A program made the position numbers and the translations under genes. Below, one piece after another: positions 1 to 8,398 of a DNA stretch of 41,255 nt (positions are counted from its first letter, which is position 1; each line of letters begins with the position of its first letter). This DNA is from Candidatus Saccharimonadales bacterium. GTDB lineage: Bacteria; Patescibacteriota; Saccharimonadia; Saccharimonadales; DATIHP01. The notes under the pieces were generated by a model. That model saw only the letters and a list, made by a program, of their open reading frames with translations. It was not told the DNA's origin and did no database searches. The stretch covers positions 1 through 41,255 of the forward strand of contig DATIHP010000045.1 in the NCBI GenBank assembly GCA_035480495.1, given 5' to 3'.

Positions 1-472
1 CCGTCAACGCAAGCAAGGTGTCTTCGCGTTTTTCCACGTCCTTTAATGAACGGGCTGCAAGCACAAACCCTTTGCCTCCATAGTCGTTGTAGTACAGCAC
101 TACCGTGGCCAGGCGTACGTCCGTTTGCGGTTGCCAAGTAAAACGATCTTCCTTGTGCGCCTTGGCATAATCGAAAATACCGTGCGGTGGAGTTGGAATG
201 CCGCCATTCAAGAAGCCTGAACCGGTAATGATACCGCCCTTCTCATCATATATGACAAAAAATGTCGGGCTGTATCTTGCATCACTGACATCACCTGTAA
301 AATCTGTGGGGTTGGATCCTCTGCTAAGTTTATCCGCTATATTTTCAACTGTCTGGACTTGCGGATCGTTTGCCCCGGAACGCAAGACGAACTGCCCCGC
401 ACCGTAAATGGTCCCGAATATGACCACTAAGATAAATGATCCTATCAGCCAGCACGCAAGATTCCGTTTCAT
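1..472 (-). CDS. hypothetical membrane-anchored protein; only the N-terminal 157 codons are in the window and the 3' end runs off the left edge
   Basis: Manual translation of the minus strand from ATG at 472-470 gives MKRNLACWLIGSFILVVIFGTIYGAG... It stays open to position 1. A GGAGG lies immediately upstream and an N-terminal hydrophobic anchor is present. It is absent from the ORF track because it is truncated by the window edge. Confidence 0.5.
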   Translation of the reverse strand, partial: MKRNLACWLIGSFILVVIFGTIYGAGQFVLRSGANDPQVQTVENIADKLSRGSNPTDFTGDVSDARYSPTFFVIYDEKGGIITGSGFLNGGIPTPPHGIFDYAKAHKEDRFTWQPQTDVRLATVVLYYNDYGGKGFVLAARSLKDVEKREDTLLALT

Positions 473-620
473 TCCTCCAGTATACCAACAACCCAAAGTT
501 TTTCAGGAAGAGCACCAAATTCATATGCAGTCATGTTTCAAATTGTCAGAATTGTCTGGTTTCAGGAAGAGCAGCCAGCCAAAATGTATTCCATTTTGCC
601 TGCGCGATAAGAAACCCGAA

Positions 621-650
621 CCTCTAGGGCCCCACCTCAGTGGGGAGAGG
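621..650 (-). terminator. candidate intrinsic terminator after the 709-aa surface protein gene
   Basis: Minus-strand hairpin CCUCU-CCCCAC-UGAG-GUGGGG-(CCCU)-AGAGG begins 19 nt after the stop at 669. It is followed by the U-rich tail UUCGGGUUUCUUAU. Confidence 0.45.
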
Positions 651-668
651 TTGGGGTGTCTCGATTAT

Positions 669-2798
669 CTAGTAATAGTACCAAGACGAAATACCGGTCG
701 AATTGGTGACGTCTTTGACTTTGATAGGGTCGCCGCCGTCTAAGCTGATGGCATAGTCCGCCGTTTCCTGGTCCGTTTTTACCCGATACACAAGCACGCT
801 GTCATTGAGCCATCGGACCGGATACGTGATACCGCTCTGGCTGCGCAGCGTGGTGTCGGTCTTGGTAGCTAGGTCGTAGATAAGTATGACGCCTTTGCCG
901 TCACGTTTATCAACCCAGGCGCTGTGTTTGCCATCCGGACTATCGATGTATATGCGCGAAGTCTGATTGACTGGAGCATTGTTCAGTTTTATCGGCGCTT
1001 TGTCCCCCAGATGATAGTCGTACCATTGCTGCTGGACGGACAGCGTCATGTGGTCATAGGCGGTCCTGAAGATATTCCAGACCTCCTGGCCGAAGACTGT
1101 CTGGGCCGAACTGCCATCCGCATTAATCTTATAGAAGTTGGTCGGCGTCGTCTGGTAGGCGCTGGACGGCGCGTAATAAATGGCTCCTTGCGCTGAGGTC
1201 ACATCATTGAAGTAATTAGCACTGGCCAGTTCTTTGCTGGAGCCGTCTTTGAAATCATAGCTGACAAGCCGGTAGCGTTTGGGGCTGTCTGCGCTGGCAC
1301 CGGCCGCAATCTGCACATAAACCAGCCGGTCACCAGCCCAATCGACAATCTGTATCCGTTCCGAGGTTGCGACAGCGGTCGTGGTATTATCCGTGGTGTT
1401 GATAAGCACCAGGTTGCTCAGCAAGAAACCGTCGCCGTTATGTTGGTTCCCCCGGTTAGAGACATAAGCGACGACCTCCTCCGATGGGTGCGGCACCAGT
1501 ACCATGTTGCTTTCCTGTTCGCTGCCACTGCCTGCTAGTACTAGTTTCTCGTCTTTGCCATCTATATAGACGCTGTAAATATCGTATTTACCAGAGCGTT
1601 TCGAGACAAAGAGCTGCTTGCGGGCTGGCACCAGTCTCACGACATGGTCGCCTTTATCGGCTGGATCAATCATGACTTGTTCGCTGCGGTAATTATCGGC
1701 TTGGACGGTAATCTGAATCTTCTGTTCATCCGGCTTATCGATAGTCAGCTTGATTGCACCCTTATCGTCTGCTGAGGCATCGGCGCCGTTGCCGGTGGCC
1801 AAGGCTTTAGCGATGGGTTTTTTGGATAGGTAATCCGTAATGGTAAACGTATATTGGCTGCCGGTCGGCTTCAGTTCGAAATCACCGAGCGGATTGCTGC
1901 CAAGCCCAAGCGTTATGGTCTTGGAAACCGGTGCGAAGGCGCGTTTTTCAACCAGTAATGTCTGGGGGCCCAGCTTAATATTCTTGAGACTGGCAGTGCC
2001 GCTGGCGTCGGTAACGACACTGACGCTACCGATTTGCACATGGACGTTTTTGAGCGGTTGGCCTGTACTTTCATCTACCACGCTCAATGAGCTGCTGGCA
2101 TGGACGCCGGCTGTATTCAGAACGAAATAACGTGACGTCGGAACCAAGACCGCGGTGATTATGCCAACCAATAAGGCAAGTAGCAGACCCCAGCGCACGA
2201 CCGGTCTGGCAAAGAATGACCTGATTGCGCCAGCAATGTGCTTCTTGGGCTTCGGTTCTTCTTCAGCGGGCTGGTCAGAATCGCGGATGGCGTCCTCTAC
2301 CTCTAGCAATTCATCACCTTCGCCGGCCACGATATCGTCTACAGCCTTGTCCGTCTCCGGATCGGTAACATTTGATACAGCGGCCAGTGCTGGGTCTCCT
2401 TCTATCGGTTTGCCATCATCCGGTATCATTTCGTCCCCTGCTTGGTCTTGGGATCCCAGCCCTGCTATGGCTTCGTCTAGCTTTTCAGCTACGATGGTAG
2501 GTGAATCGCTGTGTTCGGTAATCGTAATCTGCTTGACGGCTGCCGGGGCTTTGGCAGGCGTGGCAACCGGTGGCGCATCAGCATTCTGGGGCTGTGCATC
2601 CGGTAGTTCGGGCGCTGATGGCAAGGCATTTTCGGCGGGTGGTTCTGCCGATGATGACGGAGAAACTTGAATATTTTTGGGAGCTGAAGCAGGTTGTCCA
2701 GCAGGACTATCAGGAATGGTGGGGTCCATCATCTGCTTGACCTTTTGTTCAATGTCTTCGCTGCGCGGATTTAAGTCCTCGGTGCGTTCTTGTTTCAA
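669..2798 (-). CDS. large single-pass surface protein: acidic/Pro-Ala-rich N-terminal region, one TM helix, Ig-like/carboxypeptidase-regulatory-like repeats, C-terminal TolB/PD40-like beta-propeller region
   Basis: 709-aa ORF with a TTG start and AAGGA 12 nt upstream. It has a low-complexity N-terminus (PSAPELPDAQPQNADAPP...) and a TM segment (WGLLLALLVGIITAVLV). The C-terminus is beta-rich with repeated 'YVS../S.DG' strand patterns typical of propeller blades. The domain calls rest on sequence character only. Confidence 0.6.
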   Translation of the reverse strand: MKQERTEDLNPRSEDIEQKVKQMMDPTIPDSPAGQPASAPKNIQVSPSSSAEPPAENALPSAPELPDAQPQNADAPPVATPAKAPAAVKQITITEHSDSPTIVAEKLDEAIAGLGSQDQAGDEMIPDDGKPIEGDPALAAVSNVTDPETDKAVDDIVAGEGDELLEVEDAIRDSDQPAEEEPKPKKHIAGAIRSFFARPVVRWGLLLALLVGIITAVLVPTSRYFVLNTAGVHASSSLSVVDESTGQPLKNVHVQIGSVSVVTDASGTASLKNIKLGPQTLLVEKRAFAPVSKTITLGLGSNPLGDFELKPTGSQYTFTITDYLSKKPIAKALATGNGADASADDKGAIKLTIDKPDEQKIQITVQADNYRSEQVMIDPADKGDHVVRLVPARKQLFVSKRSGKYDIYSVYIDGKDEKLVLAGSGSEQESNMVLVPHPSEEVVAYVSNRGNQHNGDGFLLSNLVLINTTDNTTTAVATSERIQIVDWAGDRLVYVQIAAGASADSPKRYRLVSYDFKDGSSKELASANYFNDVTSAQGAIYYAPSSAYQTTPTNFYKINADGSSAQTVFGQEVWNIFRTAYDHMTLSVQQQWYDYHLGDKAPIKLNNAPVNQTSRIYIDSPDGKHSAWVDKRDGKGVILIYDLATKTDTTLRSQSGITYPVRWLNDSVLVYRVKTDQETADYAISLDGGDPIKVKDVTNSTGISSWYYY

Positions 2799-2865
2799 AA
2801 TATTGCTTGTCCTTACTCAGGGAGAAGTGTAGCAAATACACCGGTCAAACGCCAGGAACACGCCG

Positions 2866-3030
2866 GAGCCTACTCATAGTCTTTCTTCGGTATTCGAGGG
2901 CGGGTTACTGGCGTGGGATGGCGGTTTTCTGGTGACAAAGGGTAACTATAAGTTACCTTGCGAAGCCAAAAACCGCCAGATTGCGCCTGAAAGCTGCCCG
3001 CAGAACGGAGTTAAGGCTATGAGTAGGCTC
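2866..3030. repeat. 165-nt imperfect palindrome / extended rod-like hairpin between two minus-strand genes
   Basis: A perfect 14-bp inverted repeat, gagcctactcatag (2866-2879) / ctatgagtaggctc (3017-3030), encloses nested complementary segments. These are ggcggttttctgg (2920-2932) with ccaaaaaccgcc (2966-2977), gcggg with cccgc, and an apical hairpin ggtaact-ata-agttacc (2941-2957). Confidence 0.7.
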
Positions 3031-3489
3031 TTACCGGTGGCGCCTGCCGGATTTGTTCTTGACACGGTTTTTCTTCTTCTTCGGCCTTATGCGTGCCGGC
3101 GGTACAGGGTCGGTAGCTTCCTCAAAAGTCGGAATCTGTTCGTTTGGCTTCGGCCTTGCCAGCTTGGCCAGCAGCAGCAATCCGACTATCACCATAACCG
3201 CCACTACCATGAATCCTATCAACGGATTTGTATGCGCAGGCTGGATAGGAGTATCTATGGTAGTAGTGTTGGGAATAGTGGTCTGGCTGCCGAGCACGTG
3301 CAAGGAGTTGACCTTTGGGAATGCCTGGGGGTTGATACCAGGTTGATTAAAGGAGTTGGCGCTGTTGGTAGCCGTAGTAGGCTGTAGATTGGCCGAATTC
3401 GGTTGCAAGCCGCCCCCGACATTGTTCTGGGGGTTACCAGTAGTCGGTTGAAAGTCTGTAGCAACACTGCTGATTGATTGGTTTTCCAT
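3031..3489 (-). CDS. hypothetical single-pass membrane protein (Q/N/T/P-rich N-terminal region, TM helix, strongly basic C-terminal tail)
   Basis: 152-aa ORF with TM segment LIGFMVVAVMVIVGLLLLAKL followed by the tail KKKKNRVKNKSGRRHR. I recognise no family. Confidence 0.5.
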   Translation of the reverse strand: MENQSISSVATDFQPTTGNPQNNVGGGLQPNSANLQPTTATNSANSFNQPGINPQAFPKVNSLHVLGSQTTIPNTTTIDTPIQPAHTNPLIGFMVVAVMVIVGLLLLAKLARPKPNEQIPTFEEATDPVPPARIRPKKKKNRVKNKSGRRHR

Positions 3490-3560
3490 AAATACTTCTG
3501 CTTATTATACCGGAAGCCAGGATATAAACCTGGTACAAAACTTCCTACCACACAAACTGC

Positions 3561-3589
3561 TTGACAACATGTAAACATAGGCGTATTTT
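3561..3589 (+). promoter_or_regulatory. sigma70-like promoter (TTGACA-17 nt-TATTTT) placing the transcription start on the A of an ATG
   Basis: TTGACA lies at 3561-3566, followed by a 17-nt spacer and TATTTT at 3584-3589. Exactly 6 nt separate the -10 element from ATG 3596. The same geometry occurs at 10246-10282. Confidence 0.6.
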
Positions 3590-3595
3590 CAGCTT

Positions 3596-3676
3596 ATGGT
3601 TATAAACTCAAAAACAAATACATGCGCACGTACCGTCATCATGGCGGTTGGGGAGTCGCGTGTTTTTGTTGAGTAA
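3596..3676 (+). CDS. leaderless 26-codon micro-ORF (MVINSKTNTCARTVIMAVGESRVFVE), a candidate leader peptide or small protein; paralog of 10280..10351
   Basis: Hand translation was index-checked against the overlapping track ORF 3589..3921. It aligns codon-for-codon with the second micro-ORF (MV..., T7, R/K12, I15, V23). Confidence 0.45.
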   Translation: MVINSKTNTCARTVIMAVGESRVFVE

Positions 3677-3709
3677 ATAACCAAAACAAAACTAACAAAA
3701 GCAAACGAA

Positions 3710-3738
3710 CCTCCCCGAACTAAACGGGGAGGTTTTTT
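3710..3738 (+). terminator. intrinsic terminator hairpin CCUCCCCG-AACUAAA-CGGGGAGG plus U6
   Basis: An 8-bp GC-rich stem (3710-3717 / 3725-3732) is followed by tttttt (3733-3738). A near-identical hairpin lies at 10389-10411. Confidence 0.7.
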
Positions 3739-3753
3739 AAAAGGAAAACTAAA

Positions 3754-4134
3754 ATGGGTACTACTGCCAAACAGCTGGAGCAAAGAGTCCAAAGGGTGCA
3801 TTCGGCCCCGCGATTCGACAGGGCTGCACTTGCGGAATGGGAAGCTATAACGCAAGAGCAGGATACGGAAGTTTCTTTGGAGCGGCTTGCTTTTGAGTCG
3901 CTTTCGAGAAAACTTGACCAAGACCTCCCTGATCTCGTGTCTGGTCCTGAAGAGGAAACCAAGGATGAGGCCGCTCAGGTCATTGCTACTGGCGAATCTG
4001 AAGCAGTTGAAGTTGACCTTACTAGCCTTAGCGGCGAGGCTTTGCTTGAATTTGATTTTTCCGAAAGGATTGCCAGAATCAACGCTGGTCTTCTGTCTTT
4101 AGGAATCAGTGACAATTTAGCTCAGGCGAGTTGA
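3754..4134 (+). CDS. hypothetical acidic soluble protein (126 aa)
   Basis: ORF with ATG start and AAGGAAAA upstream. It has protein-like acidic helical composition and no recognisable family. It overlaps the convergent 3' end of the S51 peptidase gene by 18 nt. Confidence 0.4.
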   Translation: MGTTAKQLEQRVQRVHSAPRFDRAALAEWEAITQEQDTEVSLERLAFESLSRKLDQDLPDLVSGPEEETKDEAAQVIATGESEAVEVDLTSLSGEALLEFDFSERIARINAGLLSLGISDNLAQAS

Positions 4135-4734
4135 GTTACCATTCATCGTTAAAGCTTGATTATCATTCAGATATAAAACGCGGTCGTCCCCTTCATACAG
4201 CTTTTTCATGTGATTTATATATTCCACGAATCCAGGGTTATCAGCATGAGGAGCTACTATCCTATCGGTCAGACCCAGTCCTTCCCAGATAAGCTGGTCC
4301 GCTATCTCAGGCTCATCAGCGACTTCAGCTCCTTGCAATGTCAGCCCGGCTACGATTGCTCCCGCGCTTTCGCCGCAGTAAACGATGCCATTTTCTGCCA
4401 AATCCTTGATAATCCTATCAAAACCGCTGCGGCGCATTTCTGAGCGCAGCATGAAGGTATTGCCGCCGGCCGCCCAGATGGCGTCATAGGTTTTGAGCAC
4501 ATCGCGTAAGCGGTCTTTATCATCATGTTCGCGCAGGTCGGTCACGTCCGGATGTAAGCCGGCTTGCTCTAGATTGACAACTGTTTCATCAAGGCTCTGC
4601 GCCCTTTCGTCAGGAAGTTTGTAATCCTTGGCGTTAGGGATGATGGTAATCCTGACTTGCTCAGGCGGCTTATTGAGTAATCCAAGCAGTTCACCTGGTG
4701 TCGGCACCCCATAAGAGCTTAAATACAGCTTCAT
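4117..4734 (-). CDS. peptidase S51 family protein (dipeptidase E-like)
   Basis: 205 aa. It carries the family-typical AAGGNTF motif and a nucleophile-elbow-like CGESAGA, and has the size and layout of peptidase E. Confidence 0.7.
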   Translation of the reverse strand: MKLYLSSYGVPTPGELLGLLNKPPEQVRITIIPNAKDYKLPDERAQSLDETVVNLEQAGLHPDVTDLREHDDKDRLRDVLKTYDAIWAAGGNTFMLRSEMRRSGFDRIIKDLAENGIVYCGESAGAIVAGLTLQGAEVADEPEIADQLIWEGLGLTDRIVAPHADNPGFVEYINHMKKLYEGDDRVLYLNDNQALTMNGNSTRLS

Positions 4735-4786
4735 ACCGCTTATATTACACGTATCTCACACCTAAGTGCCAGGTGTAAACGATAGG

Positions 4787-5566
4787 TTAGACGCTGCGCT
4801 TGTAGCGGTTGGTAGCTAATGGCACGAATACTATCAAAATGCCGATAGCCCAGAGCGCAATTTTCCAAACGGCGCCGTTGCCGGGGATGCCAAGCGCCAG
4901 TTCCCGGGCGGCGGTCACCACATGCGTCACCGGCTGGTTGTTAGCAAAGGCTTGCAGCCAACCCGGCATATTTTGGGTTGGTACGAACACGGCACTGGCG
5001 AAGGTCAGCGGGAAGACCATCAAAAAGCCGGCCAGCTGGGCGGTTTCCGTATCACCGGAAGCCATACCTATGACCGCCGCTATCCAACTGAAGGCGAAAC
5101 CATATAGCAACAGCACCCCTATCATGCCAACAGCGTTAAGCGCACCGTGCTGGAAACGGAAGCCCATCAGCGATCCCACGCCAATCATGATACCGATTAC
5201 TACCAGATTACGTATAGTGTCTGACAGAGTCCGGCCGGCCATCACGGCGGCACGGCTCATTGGCAAACTACGGAAGCGGTCCACGATACCCCGGCTCATG
5301 TCGTCAGCCAGCCCTATACCGGTCTGGATGGCGCCGAACATGACCACTTGGGCCAATAATCCCGGCAATAAGAAATTTATGTACTTGCCTCCTGGCACCG
5401 CGCCGATTCTAACCGCGCCTCCAAAGACATAATTGAACAGCACCAGAAACATGATGGGTTGGATTGATGAGAAGACCAGCAAGCGCGGTAGGCGGACATA
5501 GCGCAGAAGGTTGCGCTTGGTAATGGTCCAGGTATCGCTTATCTCAGAAGCAATTGCTTTAAACAT
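4787..5566 (-). CDS. ABC-2 type exporter permease (DrrB-like)
   Basis: 259 aa with about 6 TM segments. An 8-nt overlap couples it to the upstream ATPase gene, the typical ABC-2 arrangement. Confidence 0.8.
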   Translation of the reverse strand: MFKAIASEISDTWTITKRNLLRYVRLPRLLVFSSIQPIMFLVLFNYVFGGAVRIGAVPGGKYINFLLPGLLAQVVMFGAIQTGIGLADDMSRGIVDRFRSLPMSRAAVMAGRTLSDTIRNLVVIGIMIGVGSLMGFRFQHGALNAVGMIGVLLLYGFAFSWIAAVIGMASGDTETAQLAGFLMVFPLTFASAVFVPTQNMPGWLQAFANNQPVTHVVTAARELALGIPGNGAVWKIALWAIGILIVFVPLATNRYKRSV

Positions 5567-6545
5567 TGCCCTTCTCCTTCCGGTGGCGTTTTTGGGCCGG
5601 TTCTGCTACTTCAGCTTTCTTGCCGGTCAAGGTCAGGAATACGTCATCCAAAGAGGGGCGATGCAGACTGAGCGATGCCGGATTTATCTTGGCGCTGTCC
5701 AGTGCACGTACGACATCGGTCAGCACGGCCGAGCCGTCTTTGACCGGCAGATTGATGGACAGTGTGTCATCATTGAAAGCCGGTGTCCCTATTGTAGATA
5801 CCGCCGCCATGGCCTTATCCTTATCCTTCAGGTCGCTTAGCTGGAATTCTATGACATCGCCGCCCAGACGCCGTTTCAGTTGATCACTGGTGCCTTCCGC
5901 GATGACTTTGCCTCGGTCAATGACCGCAATCTTATCTGCCAGCTCATCAGCCTCTTCCAGATACTGTGTCGTCAGCAGGATACTTGTGCCCTCCGCGACC
6001 AGTTCACGGATGATGCTCCATAGCTCCAGCCGGGTGCGCGGATCAAGCCCGGTCGTCGGCTCGTCCAGGAACAACACCTTGGGGTGTCCGACCAAGCTTG
6101 CACCCAGGTCCAAGCGCCGGCGCATACCTCCGGAATATGTCTTGACCGGACGGCCTGCGGCATCGGCAAGATTAAGACGCTCCAGCAAATCCTCAGTGCG
6201 TTTTTTAATCTCAGCTTTCGGCAGATGGTACAGGTTGCCTACCATCGTGATATTTTCACGCCCCGTGAGGAATTCATCCACGGCGGCGAACTGGCCGGCC
6301 AAGCCGATAAGCCGGCGGACTTTCACCGGATTTTCGGTCACATCCACATCCAAGACCTTGGCCGTACCGCGGGTAGGTTCGGTCAGGGTGCTTAAGATTC
6401 TGACAAGCGTGGTTTTGCCGGCGCCGTTCGGGCCTAGCAAGCCGAATATCTTGCCTTCCTCCGCCCGCAGCGATACACCATCCAAGGCTTTTACATCACC
6501 GAAATACTTGGCAGTATCAGTCACATCAAAGGCAAACTTGCTCAT
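5559..6545 (-). CDS. ABC transporter ATP-binding protein (DrrA/daunorubicin-resistance type)
   Basis: Walker A GPNGAGKTT, signature YSGGMRRRLDL, Walker B LFLDEPTTGLD, and a C-terminal DrrA-like extension. Confidence 0.9.
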   Translation of the reverse strand: MSKFAFDVTDTAKYFGDVKALDGVSLRAEEGKIFGLLGPNGAGKTTLVRILSTLTEPTRGTAKVLDVDVTENPVKVRRLIGLAGQFAAVDEFLTGRENITMVGNLYHLPKAEIKKRTEDLLERLNLADAAGRPVKTYSGGMRRRLDLGASLVGHPKVLFLDEPTTGLDPRTRLELWSIIRELVAEGTSILLTTQYLEEADELADKIAVIDRGKVIAEGTSDQLKRRLGGDVIEFQLSDLKDKDKAMAAVSTIGTPAFNDDTLSINLPVKDGSAVLTDVVRALDSAKINPASLSLHRPSLDDVFLTLTGKKAEVAEPAQKRHRKEKGNV

Positions 6546-6584
6546 TGCTTATAATTTACGCCTCAATACTTAACACGTCAAGTA

Positions 6585-7223
6585 TCAATCTTCGCCATGT
6601 AACAGATGGCTGCAATTGGGGTCTGTACTCCACTGGCTCCGGTTGCCCGCTCTCAGGAACATCAGCGCCACATAGTCCTGCGTGGCTTCATCAACATCTG
6701 GAATGTAGGCTCCTTTCAAATCATCGCGGCCAATCTTGACAACAAAAGCATCCCAGGTACTTTGCAAGAACTGGTATTTACCAAAGTGCCTGCCGCTATC
6801 GTCGACTCTCGTAGGATCACTTGTACTCTCATAGTACCCAATGCAGTCCAAATACGCTTTTTCATTAGCAGTCGGACCGTCGTCTGGTGCAGACTGAGGT
6901 GCGGCTTCGGCAGGCGGAGCGGAATCTGTTATTGGCAGCGGTTGCGCCTCTGTCGCTGGGGACGGCGGAGACGAAACAGTTGTAGTAGTTGTTTCAGCGG
7001 GCAAAGTAACGGTAACAGCCGGCAGTTCTGGAATAGTAATCGTTGGAAAAGGAAATTCGGGTAGTAGTACGGGGTCCGCAAAAGCCTGAGCGTAGACTTT
7101 TTCTGGTGGCGGATGGCTGTGGTAGCTATCAGCTTTAACGGCTAAACCGCCTACACCCAAGGTCAAGACAGCGAGGCTGGCTTTTAACGCGTTGCGGTAC
7201 TCGGGGGACTCGCCCATAGGCAA
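6585..7223 (-). CDS. secreted protein with Pro/Thr-rich linker and C-terminal transglycosylase-like (Rpf-like) domain
   Basis: It has an N-terminal signal/anchor and a PPAEAAPQSAP linker. The segment CIGYYESTSDP...GKYQFLQSTW matches the C..ES...G.(Y/F)Q....TW pattern of transglycosylase-like/Rpf domains. GGAGG lies 7 nt upstream of the ATG. Confidence 0.6.
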   Translation of the reverse strand: MPMGESPEYRNALKASLAVLTLGVGGLAVKADSYHSHPPPEKVYAQAFADPVLLPEFPFPTITIPELPAVTVTLPAETTTTTVSSPPSPATEAQPLPITDSAPPAEAAPQSAPDDGPTANEKAYLDCIGYYESTSDPTRVDDSGRHFGKYQFLQSTWDAFVVKIGRDDLKGAYIPDVDEATQDYVALMFLRAGNRSQWSTDPNCSHLLHGED

Positions 7224-7417
7224 TCCTCCAATTAGATTGGTATTTATACCTGCTTATAGTGTTTGCTAACAGAATTCTATGGTGTCTTGATGTGTCAGAC
7301 GCTTTTAATGGAGCTAGTAAGCACTAATGTACACAGATATGCCGGACCAGCATGCCTGGATTTGCCTGGGTGGTCAGTAAATTTTTTCACACTTATTTAA
7401 GCCAAAAGCTAAGACTC

Positions 7418-8398
7418 TCATAAGACTACCCTTATACGCCCAAAGTTTTTACCATTGAGATCCTTCAGCGCAATATTTTCCCATGTAAATTTTGCTTTTT
7501 CAAGCTGATTTGGCGAAAGAATACCCTGGCGAAAACTGTCATTTCTTGTATTCAATACTCCAACACCGGTCCAGAATTTCGCTATTGAGTCCTTGGTTGA
7601 GCCGACTGCTAGGAATACTCCTGAGGGTAATGGTTGGGTAAAGGCTAGGATTTTATCAGGCCTAAACGTATAACCCGCTTCCCGTTTGGTCAGTGAGATA
7701 TATGCATCATGGAGCAGAGTATTCTTCTCCATCCAAAGAGAGTCTGCGCGCTGTTGTGAATTCGGTTTTGCGTTCAGTTCAATCATTGCCGCGCGTTCCT
7801 TACTGACAACCGGTAGGCCTCCGGGTAGTTTTAGGGCAAACTTTTCTACGTCTTGCTCCAGTTTTTGATAAAACGCTTCGGGCGATTCAAACTGTTCATC
7901 GACGCCGGTTATGGTCATTTTGAAATTTTTTGGTTGATATTGCTTTAGGAAACTTAAAAGGTTCCGGTAGCTTGACTTGTAGGTCTCAACCTCAGTTAGG
8001 CTAATATTGTCCAGTTTTGGAAGTATCAGATCGTCTACGAACGAATCAAACCAAACTCCCGGTTCGTGAATCTCACAAATCGGCGCAAGCCATTTGGTGT
8101 AGTACATGAGTGCAAAGAGTTCCGCCCAGTCAACTTCTGGTGTTTCCTCAAGGCGCCAAAGTTTATAAGCTCCGTGCGTGAACATGACATTAATAGGTTT
8201 ACTCTGCTCAACGTTTGTACGTATTGCCTCTCTAATATGTGCAATGAGTTCGGGGTTAGCGGAATACTTACGGAATTTTTTGGACAACAGGATTTTTGAA
8301 ATCGCTTCAATAAGCTCTTCATTGTTTGCAGGCTTCTCTAAGCCAAGCGGCACATTGAGTTCTTTGAGTTTGGTCTGGATGTATTCTTGTGCGGTCAT
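7418..8398 (-). CDS. uncharacterised 326-aa protein, paralog 1 of a duplicated family in this locus
   Basis: It aligns over its full length with 9092..10072. Shared motifs are MTAQEYI, SKKFRK, KLW, PE[VI]DWAELF, EPG, LKQY, GSTK..AKFW and GKNF.RIR. There is no TM segment and I cannot assign a family confidently. Confidence 0.75.
   Translation of the reverse strand: MTAQEYIQTKLKELNVPLGLEKPANNEELIEAISKILLSKKFRKYSANPELIAHIREAIRTNVEQSKPINVMFTHGAYKLWRLEETPEVDWAELFALMYYTKWLAPICEIHEPGVWFDSFVDDLILPKLDNISLTEVETYKSSYRNLLSFLKQYQPKNFKMTITGVDEQFESPEAFYQKLEQDVEKFALKLPGGLPVVSKERAAMIELNAKPNSQQRADSLWMEKNTLLHDAYISLTKREAGYTFRPDKILAFTQPLPSGVFLAVGSTKDSIAKFWTGVGVLNTRNDSFRQGILSPNQLEKAKFTWENIALKDLNGKNFGRIRVVL

Noticed and set aside
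2155-2670. There are many long antisense ORFs inside well-supported genes. Examples are 2155..2670, 4809..5432, 5890..6573, 10914..11630, 11491..12027, 12416..13057, 26361..26843 and 34839..35381.
   Set aside because: They lie entirely opposite genes with clear family motifs. They have low-complexity Ser/Arg/Pro/Ala-rich translations and lack SD/start context. They are typical shadow ORFs.
3589-3962. Minus-strand ORFs 3589..3921 and 3720..3962 overlap the micro-ORF module and the 126-aa plus-strand ORF.
   Set aside because: Their translations are non-protein-like (Arg/Ser/Phe-rich) and there is no SD. They run antisense through a promoter, terminator hairpin and U-tract that are organised for the plus strand.
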